From Eledone cirrhosa (Eukaryota), in the NCBI GenBank assembly GCA_964016885.1, contig OZ024743.1, positions 307,396,001-307,460,000 of the forward strand: a stretch of DNA of 64,000 nt, in the 5' to 3' direction. A program made the translations under genes and the position numbers. The notes beneath the pieces were generated by a model that saw nothing but the letters and a program-made list of their open reading frames with translations, made no database searches and was not told where the DNA came from. Shown piece by piece: positions 13,038 through 26,485 of this stretch (the first letter of the stretch is position 1; every line of letters begins with the position of its first letter).

Positions 13038-13063
13038 GACATTTTCATTTTTATAGATATAGA
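12560..13063 (-). mobile_element. Non-autonomous Helitron-like 5' fragment with (CA)n
   Basis: Minus strand starts A|TCTATATCTATAAAAATGAAAATGTCTGTCTG(TG)n, like the 5' end of 19446-20327. Confidence 0.55.
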
Positions 13064-15515
13064 TTAGTTTTCTATTAGTAAGAATATAAAGAATTTCAGT
13101 GGTACATAGGATACAACTCTTAGAAATGGAAGAATTTTTATAAGGTAAAGCATTAGAAGGTTTATACCAAGAAAGAGAATATTCTATATTATTCTTTTTA
13201 AGCGACCAAATTAATTCAGATGGAGGCACATGGCTTAGTTGTTAGAGTATTGGCCTTGCAATCGAAAGGTTGTGAGTTCAATTCTCAGACCGGGTGATGT
13301 GTTGTTTCCTTGAGCAAGACACTTTATTTCACATTGCTCCAGTTTACTCAGCTGTAGAAATGAGATGATAGGGACTGATGTCCCTATCATTCCACTGCAA
13401 AGTGGTTGTGGAGGTGCCATGGCAAAAAAGCACCCAGCCCACACTGTAAAGTGGACGTGTAGGCACCACGGAAAAAAAACACCCAGTACTCACTGTAAAT
13501 GAGGTTGGTGTTAGAAAGGGCATCCAGCTGTAGAAATCAAGCCAGAATCAGTTCCTGTCCCACCTTTGCAAGCAGGGAAAAGTGGACGTAAAATGATGAT
13601 GATGATGATGATGAAGCAGTACTAAATCTCTTATCCTTTCTCTTAAATGTGTGGCAGTGATTATACCGACTTTCTTTAAATTTAGAGGAAGTGGCACCAA
13701 TATAATTATAAGACTTATTTTTTGTTTTAACAATGCATTTATAAACTAAATTACGGTCAAGACAGTTATTACTTAATGGGCAAGAATAATTATTTTTACA
13801 ATTGCAATTACCTACGCTGTTATTTAATGATGCCACTCTGTTTTCATAGTTTGTAAGGTTTTCATCATTTATGTTATTGGTATAATTGTTGTTAACCAAG
13901 ACGTTATTTATTCTATTAGTGATTCTCTGATTATCATTAAGTGTTAATTCCCTATGAATAGTTCCAGGATTTCTATTATTAATTTTAGCTATACTTTGGA
14001 CAATATTCATAGTGGTTGAGTATGAGAGTTTAATTGTATGTCTATCAAAAATTCTACTATATTTATGCGTTTTGGGGAAGCATTTATCAAGAGCATTGCA
14101 GAAAAGGTGAGCTAAGTTTTTCTTGATTCCTACTGATAGTGGTGGAGAATACCGTAAAATAGAACGAGAACCAATTCTTTTATAAGGTTTTGTTGGATTT
14201 ATAGGAGTTATATCGATTATATGACTGATTTGGCCTAGTTCTGTGGCTCATGTTATGGATATTAGCATTATTACAATTGTTGTGAGATGTATGTGCATTA
14301 GTATTAAATGAATGTTGATTTATATAGGGGGGGGGGGGTAAAATTTTTATCTATGTATTTGATTTTATCAGGATAACCTGATCTATTTAATGCATTGTTA
14401 TAGTATTTAGCCTTATTGTCAAAAAATTCCTTATTGGCTGAGACTCTACAGATTCTTTGCTGAACACTATTAACTATAGCCCTTTTGACATTTCTAGGGT
14501 GGTTTGAATGGAAGCTAACATAATTAAGGTTTTCATTTAATTTATGGAACAGGCAGTAAAGGCCAGAATTAAGGTTTGTTATATCTAAGAAATTAACTAT
14601 TCTATTATTATTTTCAATTTCGAGTTTAAGGCCACAATTGTTAAAAAAAGTTAGTTATAATTTTCTTCTTTCTATTAAGGGCACTATTATTATGGTTAAT
14701 TACTATAAAAAGAACATCATCACGATATAAACCTCCGTCAAGCTCAGATAATCTTCTGTAAATTAAGTTAAGGATGAAAATTCTAATGAAGTCAGTGACC
14801 TGAGCCGAGTCTGTAGATTCCATAGTAATGTCAAAATTTCGAGGTCTATCAGCTCTAGTCCACAGATCACTATTGAAATCAATAATAGTCTTTCTAGCAG
14901 TAACGATAATATTAATTTCATCACTCGAAAGATCTGTAAATTTTGTTGCGTATAATAAGACTTTGTTAAGTAATGCCGGAGAAATAGAAAATAGTAATTG
15001 GTTATATCCACTTGAATAAATTTGGTCTTGCTTTTACTTTTAAGTTCAGTGAACCAGTCAATAACCTCATTTGTACCAATCCATAATTTTAGTTGAGATT
15101 GAAACTTTAGAACTGGTATGATTCTGTTGAAGATGTTTTTACTAATAATACCTAAGTCAGATTTAGATGGAGCTATAAGTCTAACAGGTAGTTCAGATTC
15201 AAAATTTTCCTTATGATCTTTCATATTTAACTTCTAGGTATGAAAGGTTCAGTTCTGCGTTCAATCCCAAGTTTAGAAACACTTTCGAAAGCTTCCTTAT
15301 TAATAGTTTCAAGGTTCGCACAAGTAGTTTTTCGGTAGTTTTCCCTCTGTTCCCTTATTATTAATTTGTTATAATCATCCTTATGAAGACCATAAAGGAT
15401 ATTGGTTTTATCAGATTTAACCAGAATTTTTTTGGTTTTACCGAGTTCATCAATTTTGATCCTAAGGTTTTTGAGATATTCTTGGCCTCTATATGTTTTT
15501 TCTTAAATTTAAGAA
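13064..15515 (-). mobile_element. Penelope-like (Naiad) element remnant: RT + GIY-YIG, interrupted by a SINE
   Basis: KDHK..PVRLIAPSKSDLG, GGLYRDD, CNCKNNYSCPL, LVYKC..YIGATS, CILC. Confidence 0.88.
13222..13613 (+). mobile_element. SINE family A (tRNA head, CORE-like domain, RTE-derived tail)
   Basis: A box TGGCTTAGTTGTT, B box GAGTTCAATTC, CORE-like CCTTGAGCAAGACACTT...CAGTTTACTCAGCTGTAGAAATG, (ATG)n tail. Confidence 0.9.
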
Positions 15516-15529
15516 TATATATATAATTT

Positions 15530-15593
<64 letters not shown>

Positions 15594-15633
15594 CAATATT
15601 AATAAATGGAAAATATCTTTATAATACCATATT

Positions 15634-15693
15634 TATTTTATTATACGTATTTCAAGGACACTAAATTTTAGTGTGCTTTCATCAGATAAAATA
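15634..15693 (-). ncRNA. Type I hammerhead ribozyme
   Basis: tattttat-CTGATGA-aagcacactaaa(a)tttagtgtcctt-GAAAT-acgt-ATA-ataaaata; 8-bp stem I, palindromic stem III. Confidence 0.8.
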
Positions 15694-15904
15694 TAATATT
15701 TGGTGTTAAGACATTGACATACCTTAGCGTAAACTTAATAGTATAAGCCCGCTAACGGCAGTGAGGTGAAAATTCAAAATCACAAGGGATATAAGTTAAC
15801 AAGGATACATTAAAACAGAAAAGGACCGTTATTATAGATGCTAGATCAATTTTGAAAAATAGCGTGTGACAGTCGTTAGAGGGGGAAATATTAGTGTAGA
15901 ATTA

Positions 15905-15938
<34 letters not shown>

Positions 15939-16267
15939 CACAGACATATACATGAGCATAGAAAAATCTTGTAACTATACATATATATTTTAAGAATGTG
16001 AATCTAATTATATTGGTTATATAAAAAAATGTATTGTATTGTAGTATATTATAAGCTACTAATGTATATGATTAATTATAATAATTTAATAATTATGTGA
16101 GTAAATATATAACGTATTTGTCAATTTTATCTATGTAAACAACTATGAGTGAATAACTCTAAATTATATAAGGTTTCAAGTATTGAATTCAAGGTATGTT
16201 TTCAATAAACGTTGAATAAGATATGCTTCCATCTAATAGGTCCCATAATTATTATTATTATTTATAT

Positions 16268-16455
16268 TGGTGGCGGATTAGCAGTATCGGTAGAGGGACA
16301 ACATGCTTTGCAGCACAGAGTTATGTCCTTTTACGGACTGAGTTCAAATCCCGCCGAGGTTAACTTTGCCTTTCATCCTTACGGGGTCGATAAAATAAAG
16401 TACCAGTAATGTACTGGGTAATTGCTGGCCTTGTGCCAAAAATAGAAACAATTAT
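16268..16455 (+). mobile_element. SINE family B (tRNA-like head, GCCTTTCATCCTTACGGGGTCGATAAAATAAAGTACC central domain)
   Basis: B box GAGTTCAAATC; four copies in the window; central domain resembles conserved Meta-type SINE cores (from memory). Confidence 0.85.
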
Positions 16456-16469
16456 TTATATTGTAAATA

Positions 16470-17424
16470 AACAACTTAGATAAGATTTCAAAGCACCATA
16501 TAAATGGTTAAATGGTTAACGATCATTTATAAAGATTATGAAAAGTCTTGGGAAATCTATGCAAGCAAGAATTAAATATCTCTTTCTTTTTGTTAATAAT
16601 ATTACCAGGATTGGTAATTATATAAAAGATTTCTTCTGTACAAAGATGACAAATTTTGAAAATTGAACAATTTTGGTATACAGGAGCGTACCTGATTTTA
16701 TTCCAAGAGATTGAATAATCAGTGTTATTGTCTTTTAAAGACCAAATTAGTTGTGACAGTGAAGTTGAGAATTTCTTATCAGAGTGTTTAAAAGTATGTT
16801 TGTGATTATACCAGCGCTCCTTAAATTTTGATGAAGTGGTCCCTATATAATTATACAGTTTATCTTTAGTTTTAATGATGCATTCATATACTAAATTTCT
16901 ATCTAAGCAATTATTTTCTAGCGGGCAAGAGATATTATTCCTGCAATTACATTTTCTTATATTGTTACTTGAAGATGTAGTACTATTATTCAGGTATACG
17001 TTATTATTATTATTGTTAGTGCTATTAATTATATTATTATTGCTATTTGGGTTTATTTCAGTTTTGTTTTATTTTAGATTTCTATTATTAATTTTTGCTA
17101 TATTCTGGGCTAGATTCATAGTCATTGAGTAAGAGAGCTTGACTGTATGTCTGTTAAAAATGCAATGGTATTTGTGGGATTTAGGAAAACATTTATCTAG
17201 AGCTCTAAAGAATTGGTGTGCTAAAGATGTCTTAATTCCTAAGGATAGTGGAGGTCAATACCAAATTATAGATCGGGTTCTGGCTTTCCTATGTGATTTA
17301 TTTTTTTGGTCAAGTGGTTTATTTTCATTATTTTTATAATATACTTTTGGAGGTGGGTTTTTTTAATTCCTATCTATGTAATTAATTTTACTAGAATGCT
17401 AGCGAGGAAGATGGATTTTAAACA

Positions 17425-17460
<36 letters not shown>

Positions 17461-18720
17461 TATCGAGCTCTGTGTAAGGCGTCATTATAGTATTCAGCTT
17501 TGTTATCAAATATATTTTTATTAACTGAGAGTTTTGAAATTCTTCGTTAGACACTATTGACTATAGCTTTCTTAACGTTTCTAGGGTGGTTTCAGTAGAA
17601 GCTAACATAGTTTAGGTTTTCATTAATCTTATGGATTGGGTAGTATAGCCTGAATTAAGGTTTAAGGTAACATCTAAGAAATTAACTATTTTATTATTGT
17701 TTTCTATTTTTAATTTAAGGTCATAATTATTAAAGAAGTCTATAATAATTTTCTTTTTTTTTTTGTTAAGGTCACTATTGTTATGATTATCTACTATGAA
17801 TAATGCATCGTCATGATACAAAACTCCGGCAATTTCCTATGTAACGAGTTTAGAATGAAGATGCCAACGAGGTCTGCAACATGAGCTGAGTTCGAAGAAT
17901 TCTTCGGTCTATCAGCTCTTGTCCAGAAATCGCCATTAAACTCTATAAGGGTTTTTCTTGCTATTAATATGATGTTTATTTCATCACTTGATAAATCGGT
18001 ATGTTTGGATGCATATATTAATGCTTTGTCAAGTAAATTAGGAGTTATGGAAGAATAATAATTAGCTATATCCATTTGTATGAATTTTATATTATTTTCA
18101 GATTTAATGTTTACAAACAAGTCTATTACTTCATTTGTACCGTTCCAGAGCTTGAGATGTGAGTTTCGTTTAAGTATTGGTATAATTTTGTCCAGTATAT
18201 TTTTACTAATAATTCCTAGATCGGATTTAGAGGGTGCTATAAGCCTGACTGGTAGGTTTGCTTCAAAATTTATTTTATGATCTTTCATGTTTATTTTCAG
18301 TTGCCTTGGTATAAAGGGTTCAGTGCTATGTTCAATTCCTAATTTAGTGATAATTTTAAGAGTTTCGTTTTTTTATAATTATTTTTCTAAGTTCCTTCAG
18401 TATTAAAATGTTGTACTCTTCTTTTTCAATTCGTTATTATAAGTTGTTTGTTTTGTTGGATTTAACAAGGATCTTAGTTGTTTTCCTCATTTGAGGCCTT
18501 TAAGATATTCCTGGCCTCTGTAGGTTTTTTTTTATTTTATACGCTGTATTATATTTATTAATTCATTTTCAAACTCTGCTAAGTTTATTAAATGGTGGAT
18601 TTTTCCTGGATTTGAAAATAAGATATTGTTAATATTAATAATACTCCAGATAAATTCTGTAGAGTGCTTCAAATCTGTTATAAAATTAACTCTGTTGAAT
18701 AATAATCAACAAACCATATA
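16470..18720 (-). mobile_element. Penelope-like (Naiad) element remnant
   Basis: KDHK..LPVRLIAPSKSDLG, QMDIANYY, YHDD, FLDVTL; CNCRNN..CPL and YIGTTS GIY-YIG at about 16560-16955. Confidence 0.87.
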
Positions 18721-18754
18721 TATATAATATATATATATAATATATAGAAGTGGT

Positions 18755-19293
18755 TGATAGCTTCCGGTACCTCGGTGATCAGATTAGCATGGGAGGAGGT
18801 GTTCCAAGGCCATAGTATCTAGAATAAGGACAGGTTGGAAGAAGTTTAGGGAGCTGCTTCATCTGTTGAGAAAGAAGGGTTTCTCTCTGCATACGAAAGG
18901 CCGGTTATATGATGCCTGTGCGAGATGCGCGATGCTGCATGGTAGTAAGACATGGGCAGCAACTAGAGAATATGAGACGGCTGGAGAGAAATGATGCAAG
19001 CATGCTCTGTTGGATGTGCGAGAACGACCAAGTATAGATGAGTTCAGAGAGAAACTGGGTATAGATATGTGATGCGCATGGAGGATGACCACTGGGTAAA
19101 GAAGTCCCAAGAAATCCCAGTAGAGGAAGACCATGAAAAACATTGGTGGAGGTGTTGAGAGCAGACCTCAGATTGCTGAAGCTCACGGAGGAGATGACGA
19201 AGGATTGTGACAAGAGGAGAGATGCTCTGCTGAATAGGACCCGTCCCACCCTTGCAAGCAGGGAAAAGCGGACGTAAAATGATGATGATGATG
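18755..19293 (+). mobile_element. RTE LINE 3' fragment
   Basis: YLGDQIS, GRLYDAC..MLHGS remnants; CCTTGCAAGCAGGGAAAAGCGGACGTAAAA(TGA)n tail. Confidence 0.85.
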
Positions 19294-19445
19294 AATATAT
19301 ACATATATATATATACTTTATTTCACGTTGCTCCTTCTACCTGGAGTTGCGGCCGATAGATAGTACTAGCAACTGGAAAGACCGATGAAAACGTTGTTTC
19401 CTCGGTTCGATTTGACGAAAGTCGATCGATCCATTTATATCTATA

Positions 19446-20327
19446 CTAGCAGTGGTACCCGGCGTTGCATGAGATAAGGTATTTTGAAACGCGAGCCGCC
19501 AACAGACCTAATCGTGGAAAAACTGCATGCCTGGACAATATGTAAAGAAAATAAACCGAATACTCTGAAGGCTGGATAATCTTTAAGATTTTCCTCGGTG
19601 AAGCAGGAAAAATGCAGGTTTTCACCTAGGGGATCAAGAAAATATTTTTTTTTATGTGCATAATATGCCTTGAAATTTCGGGAAAATCAGTTAGACGTAA
19701 CACCTCCAAAAAGCCGTAAAAAGCTGAAAAATGAAGTTTTTCACCTAATGCGAGCCCTAGGCCATAAAAAGTTGGATTTTCTTTGCTCACGGCATGTAGA
19801 AGAGACTGACTAATACATAGTTACAATTTCAAGGAAATCGGTCTGACATAACGGCTCAAAAAAATCCTAAAAAGCTTAAAAAACGCTGTTTTTCACCTAA
19901 TGCGGGCGCTAGGAGATTAAAAAGTTGAATTTTTTATGTGCATAACACTCATGTAAAGTTTGAAAATCGGTTGGGTACTTCTCGAGTTTTAGGGATTCAA
20001 ACTCACACACACACACACACACACACATCCTCAGGAAGTGACGTAATGCAGACAGCCAGAGATACAGACAGATATTATAAGGGCGCGACGTTATATGTAC
20101 ATATCTATCTAAAAAGAAAAAGACTAAGAATTATAGAGAGAGATCGTTAAATCACCTAATGCGGTCCCTAGGGCATTGAAAATTTGAATTTGTTTTTGCT
20201 CAGAACACTCCCTGAAACATAAGTATTACATGTGTAAAGTTTGAAAACAGTCGGTTGGGTGCTTCTCTAGTTTTAGGGATTCAAACTCACACACACAGAC
20301 AGACATCCTCAGTTTTATATATATAGA
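19446..20327 (-). mobile_element. Non-autonomous Helitron with internal sub-repeats
   Basis: Minus strand 5' A|TC...CTAG|T 3' termini; subterminal GCAACGCCGGG; repeated TCACCTAATGCG blocks. Confidence 0.7.
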
Positions 20328-20329
20328 TA

Positions 20330-20372
<43 letters not shown>

Positions 20373-20374
<2 letters not shown>

Positions 20375-20716
20375 CATTTCATCATCATTTCATTTTACGT
20401 CCGCTTTTTCCCTGCTTGCAAGGGTGGGACGGCAACTGATTCTGGCTTGATTTCTACAGCTGGATGCCCTTCCTAACACCAACCTCATTTACAGTGAGTG
20501 CTGGGTGCTTTTTTGCCGTGGCAGCTCCACGACCACTTTGCAGTGGAATGATAGGGACCCCAGTCTCTAACATCTCATTTCTAAAGCTGAGTAAACTGGA
20601 GCAATGTGAAATAAAGTGTCTTGCTCAAGGAAACAACACATCATCCGGTCTGAGAATTGAACTCACAACCTTTCGGTTAAAAGGCCAATGCTCTAACCAC
20701 TAAGCCATGTGCCTCC
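20373..20716 (-). mobile_element. SINE family A
   Basis: Reverse complement of the family sequence. Confidence 0.9.
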
Positions 20717-20746
20717 ATACATATAATATATATATATAATATATAT

Positions 20747-21084
20747 GGAGGCACGTGGCATAGTGGTTAGAGCATTGGCCTTGCAATCGAAAGGTCGTGA
20801 GTTCAATTCTCAGACCGGGTGATGTGTTGTTTCCTTGAGCAAGACACTTTATTTCACATTGCTCCAGTTTACTCAGCTGTAGAAATGAGATGATAGGGAC
20901 TGATGTCCCTATCATTCCATTGCAAAGTGGTCGTGTAGGTGCCACGGCAAAAAAACACCCAGCACTCACTGTAAATGAGGTTGGTGTTAGGACGGGCATC
21001 CAGCTGTAGAAATCAAGCCAGAATCAGTTCCCGTCCCACCCTTGCAAGCAGGGAAAAGTGGACGTAAAATGAAATGTTGATGAT
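20747..21084 (+). mobile_element. SINE family A
   Basis: Full tRNA head through ATG-type tail. Confidence 0.9.
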
Positions 21085-21162
21085 ATATATATATATATAA
21101 TATATATATATATATAATATATGCAAAAGAAACCAAAGAACGCTTACATACTCAAACAGTCT

Positions 21163-21220
21163 TTATTCACTTACAATGTTTCATCCTCACCTTTTGGCAG
21201 GAATCATCAGAGCCTAATAA
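21163..21220 (-). ncRNA. Type I hammerhead ribozyme
   Basis: ttattaggct-CTGATGA-ttcctgccaaaaggtgaggat-GAAAC-att-GTA-agtgaataa. Confidence 0.7.
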
Positions 21221-21399
21221 ATACAGTGTTGAGTATAAGCTCCACAAAACCTAGTCACACGAACAATCAGAAAAAAGATAGGCAGATTGGAGATGGCTAA
21301 CAAAGAGGTTCATGCTGGGGTTATTAAGCATCATTGCAAAATATCAAGGCACAATTGGATTCAACAAGATAAGGATACAGTAGATGGCACTCAAAAATA

Positions 21400-22035
21400 T
21401 AGAATGTAAAAGCAAAAAGTGTAAAAGCATAAAAAAGTACATACAAAATACATAAAAAATACATAAAGAATACATAAAAAATACATTAAAAAATACAGGC
21501 AAATGCTTAAATATAATAAAAATTATAATAAAGTAATAAAAAAAATATAAAAAATAAAGATAATAAAATAAAATGAAATAAAATAAAATAAAATAAAGTA
21601 AAATAATTAAAAACAATTAATAAAATATAATGAAAAAATAAAATAGAAAATAAAAAATAAAAAATAAAAAAATAAAATAAAAAAATAAAATAAAATAAAA
21701 TAAAATAATATAAAAATATATTAAAATAATAATTGTTTCTACTTTTGGCACAAGGCCAGCAAATTACACAGTGCATTACTGGTACTTTATTTTATCGACC
21801 CCGTAAGGATGAAAGGCAAAGTTAACCTTGGCAGGATTTGAATTCAGAATGGCAAGGACCGTAACTCTATGCGTCAAATCATGGCGTCCAACCCTCTACC
21901 GATGCTGCCAATCCACCGCCATTAAAATAATAATAATAATAGATAATAAGATAATAAAATAATATAATAATAAAATAAAATTAAAAATTAAAAAGAATTA
22001 AAAATTAAAAAGAATTAAAAATTGAGAAAAAGTTA
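21400..22035. repeat. (AAAAT)n-like low-complexity tract
   Basis: Direct reading; interrupted by a SINE. Confidence 0.85.
21730..21922 (-). mobile_element. SINE family B
   Basis: Reverse complement of 16268-16455 and 54922-55115. Confidence 0.85.
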
Positions 22036-22944
22036 TTTGTTAGTAACACGAGTGAGTAGGATCTCAGTAGCCTATATACAGGCGTAAAGAGTTCTTTTTG
22101 GTACATCCCAAAAGACCACAGTAATCCGAATCACTACCATAATATACATGCACAAGGTATATTGGTAGGTACCCGAACCAGGTAGCCAATGGGTGCTCAC
22201 AAGTATATAGGAAGGTATCACAAAAGCACAAGTAAATATGGTTCTTATATGGTATGGCTCAGTAAAACAAGTAAAAAGACAGTCACGGCAAAAAACAAGC
22301 TATGTGCAAGCAGATCTGGGTTAGTGTACGATAGAGTTGAAGCAGTCTTATTATATTAGTTGATATAATAGTTGTTATAAAGTAACCGGCAAAGTTATTA
22401 TTCATGCATATTAGCAACATAGGCTAGACCAATTGGTTACATATTTCCCAAGAATCAGTTCCAACCAAATCTCCACACACCATCTGGTCACGAACATATG
22501 AATAGAATTTCTGGCCACAGCAACGGCGATCAGCATGGCTAACCAGTCTAAACAAAACAGAAAAGAAATCAACACTAGTGCCCAGGTCGTTAAATCCGCC
22601 AAATACCTTAGCATGTTTGCTACATAGGGTCAAATTCAAATATATATTCAGAGATTAAAGAGAATAGATACAAAAATAAAAATAAAAATACAAATACAGT
22701 CTACATACCACTAAAATTAAATTAATTCTGGCTCAAAACATTTTACTTTATTTAGCGCCACTAAGCTCAGTGCACATCACTTGATGACGTTTTAGTTGTC
22801 AAAAAATTGATGACATGGCATAAATGTTGTAAACGAAAGGGGTATAACACTAATTAGTCAAACAGGTTATTAATTCAGACTACGACCAAAACAAAGAGAA
22901 AAAAATAGAAAAAAAAATAAAAAAAATATATATATAAGTTCAGT

Positions 22945-24062
22945 TACCTCAACCCATCTCACCCCCTAAACCCTACCTCACCAAACCACATCGCACCACA
23001 CTACCCCACCCCACACCACACTATACCTCTACATCTAACCACACAACACCACCCCAAACTAGACTACATTACACCCCGCTACACTAAACTATGGGACACC
23101 ACCCCCACACCAACTCAACACCACACCAACTCCACCACATCGCACCACACCATACCTCATTGGATAACCAAACCGCACGACACCACACCACGCCAAACCA
23201 CTCTACCATACACCCAACCACTAAATACCACGCCACACTACCCCACTTATTCAACTACACCACATGACATTACACCACACCACGTTATACCCTACCACTC
23301 CTCGAAGCATCATACCACAGTATACCCCAACACACTTCACTACCCCATAAACAGTACACCACACCCCATCGCGCCATACCCCACACTTCTACATCAGACT
23401 AAACTACACCACAGTACACCACACAATACCACACCAAACTACAGTACACCACACTACAACATATAAAAACACACCCCACCCCTCCACCTGAAACCTCACT
23501 ATATTACAAACACTACATAATACCACACCACACCTCATTCCCTCTCACCACCCATCACTACATCACACCACAACACACTACAATACACCACACCGCACCA
23601 CATTACTACACGCTAAACCACACCACACCACACCATGCCTCATCACCACACACAACACTAAACTACAACACACCACAAACATCTCACACCACTCCATACT
23701 ACTCAATATCTCACCACAGCAGACTACACCATTCCACACCTCAATCCGGTGAGTGTAGCAGCTGAAACTGCATAGGTGGGAACACACCTCACCAGACTAC
23801 ACCACAGCATACCATCTTCACCACACCAGACAACACCCCACGCCCCCCCCCCATACCACACCACACCAAACTACATCACAACCCACACATCACACCCCAC
23901 TGCACAACAACACCCGACACCCTACTTCAATACAACACATTATAGCACACTACATCATACTCCACACCACTAAACTACTGGACACCTTTCCATACTACTC
24001 AACACCAAGCTATACTATACTACATCACACCATACTGCACACATTACATTCAACCACACCAT
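22945..24062. repeat. Degenerate (CACAC/CACCA)n pentamer satellite
   Basis: Strong C/A skew with 5-bp periodicity. Confidence 0.85.
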
Positions 24063-24064
24063 GC

Positions 24065-24690
24065 GGCACATACAGGGAAGCCTGCTTCAAACATGGTCTG
24101 CTGGAAAATGGTGCACAGTGGGATGACACATTATTCGAGGCTGCTATTTCGCAATCACCTCAACATCTACGGGCTCTGTTTGCCGTATTACTTCAAACAT
24201 GCGAAATGGGTAATCCAAACTCTTTGTGGCTTAAGTATAGAGATGACCTTTCGGAAGACTACAGACATCAGGTACTATTGTAGTACCCCGATATTGGAGG
24301 CACCAGTAAAGAGGTTTACAATCGAGCACTAATTGACCTAGAGGACAGGATTGTTTCATTTAGTGGGAATGATTTGCCCACATACGGTCTTCCCAAAACC
24401 CTCCGGTCAGGATTAGACACACTTCCTACAACTGTTCTATGGAAAAAGTCTTACGACATAGCTGCTCTTGCCCAATATGTCAATGAAATGGAACCACAAC
24501 TGCTTCCAGACAAACGCAATGCTTACAACAGTATTGTTGACAACGTGCGTCGTCGATCTGGTGGCATGTTCTTCTTGGATGCACCTGCTGGTACTGGGAA
24601 AACATTTGTAACCAAAGTCCTCCTCGCGAAAGTTAGACAACACGGACACATCGCGTTAGCTGTAGCCTCATCTGGGATTGCTGCTACTTT
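24065..24690 (+). mobile_element. Helitron RepHel fragment (start of PIF1-like helicase)
   Basis: YREAC..HGLLEN, LRALFAVLL, FFLDAPAGTGKTF, ALAVASSGIAAT; cut by a SINE. Confidence 0.88.
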
Positions 24691-24973
24691 GTGGTTAGAG
24701 CATTGGCCTTGCAATCGAAAGGTTGTCAGTTCAATTCTCAGACCAGGTGATGTGTTGTTTCCTTGAGCAAGACACTTTATTTCACATTGCTCCAGTTTAC
24801 TCAGCTGTAGAAATAACCTGGTCGTGGAGGTGCCACGGCAAAAAAGCACCTAGCACTCACTGTAAATGAGGTTGGTGTTAGGAAGGGCATCCAGCTGTAG
24901 AAATCAAGCCAGAATCAGTTCTCGTCCCAACCTTGCAAGCAGGGAAAAGCGGACGTAAAGTGATGATGATGAT
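24691..24973 (+). mobile_element. SINE family A, 5'-truncated and internally deleted
   Basis: Family match. Confidence 0.88.
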
Positions 24974-25064
24974 ATATAATATATAAGTTTATCCCGGGTT
25001 CAATCGGGGGTAACCACAGTAAGGTACTCAATACAAAGCAGAGTATAAATATTTAATATAGAAA

Positions 25065-25115
25065 AGCTTCTACAGGACTAGAACTGTTTCATTCATGAGA
25101 AATCATCAGGAAGCT
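25065..25115 (-). ncRNA. Type I hammerhead ribozyme
   Basis: agcttc-CTGATGA-tttctcatgaat-GAAAC-agttctagtcct-GTA-gaagct; 6-bp stem I, ACAG/CTGT stem III. Confidence 0.82.
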
Positions 25116-25611
25116 GACTGTAACCAGTAAATATGGTGGTATTTATATCTTTGCTGGTGGTAGGAGAGGGTGGGGATTGGGATGGGTGGAGGTCATTGGT
25201 ACTAACACCAATAATAATGTGTGCAACGGGGGTAAGTGATTATGTCCCAGGAAGTATTGCAAATCAATATTAAAGCAACTGGGGTAAGTGGGAATGTTAG
25301 CCAAAAAATTAGTGAATGACACTTACTGATTGAAAAATAAGCCGACCATCGGAAAGGTATTCTCAAGTGTAATTGTTAACTTGGGCTGGCTTGCTTCGCT
25401 TATATTATATACTAAAACAACAGATTAAAGTTTAAGCAAAGAATCGTTGCTTTCACCCTTAACGAGATCTTCTGAAACATCGATCTGTGAATGCAGAAGT
25501 AAATATTTCGAAAAACGTTGCAACCGAATGAAAACAGGAAGAGGATACTTTGGTTCATGAAGACGTTACCTGGCAATGAACGGAACAGCAATAAGAACAA
25601 TGTTTGTCATA

Positions 25612-25846
25612 ATGTCGTAATGTAGACAGCCAGACGGATATTATAAGGGCGCGACAGAGATCGATAACCGGCACCTAACACCCCTTTAACAACAGAAAAT
25701 TGAAAAATAAAAGCTGCAGTTAATATCTCTAGACCGCAAGGAATATATAAATGCAAGTTTGAAGTCAATCAGAGTAAAAATGTGGATTTGTATAGACTTT
25801 GCAAAAATTAGGGGACACACACACACAGACAGACAATTTCAGTTTT

Positions 25847-25855
<9 letters not shown>
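25612..25855 (-). mobile_element. Non-autonomous Helitron-like fragment
   Basis: Shares CGTAATG.AGACAGCCAGA...GATATTATAAGGGCGCGAC with 20042-20089 and has the (CA)n-AGACAGAC end. Confidence 0.5.
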
Positions 25856-25916
<61 letters not shown>

Positions 25917-25967
25917 GTATATATATATATGTATATGTATATATATGTATATATATATATGTATATG

Positions 25968-26048
<81 letters not shown>

Positions 26049-26054
26049 GTATAT

Positions 26055-26110
<56 letters not shown>

Positions 26111-26130
26111 TATATATATATATATATATC
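25845..26130. repeat. (TA)n/(TATG)n microsatellite
   Basis: Direct reading. Confidence 0.95.
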
Positions 26131-26409
26131 ATAAATCATGTCCTTAGAATTATTAGATAAAATATATACTATTTCCTCTTCTAATTAGCATAATTAACCA
26201 TATAAAAAATCAATTAGACCAAGCTATAAGAAGAAAGGCTCTTATGAAGAAATCTCCGACAAATAACTGATAGTGGCCTCTTCGCGGTGGCCCCAATAGA
26301 TTATTTATCCAACATTTCGACAGCATGTAGAAACTGACTAAATATAACATCAACCATACACAATTAGGTGTAAAATTGAACTTAGAAGAAATGTGTACAT
26401 ACCCTAATT

Positions 26410-26485
26410 ATATCTCTACGATGGTTTCATCCGTATTTTTAGACATCCAAATAATAGGAATGTCTTGAGTTAGGATTCATCAGGA

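Noticed and set aside
13222-13295. tRNA genes at SINE heads
   Set aside because: A and B boxes present but stems do not pair as a cloverleaf, and each continues into a SINE body
19378-19432. CCGATGA...CGAAA possible hammerhead
   Set aside because: Could not form convincing stems I-III
20464-20999. Recurrent MPFLTPTSFTVS...QCEIKCLAQG small ORFs
   Set aside because: Antisense translations of SINE family A
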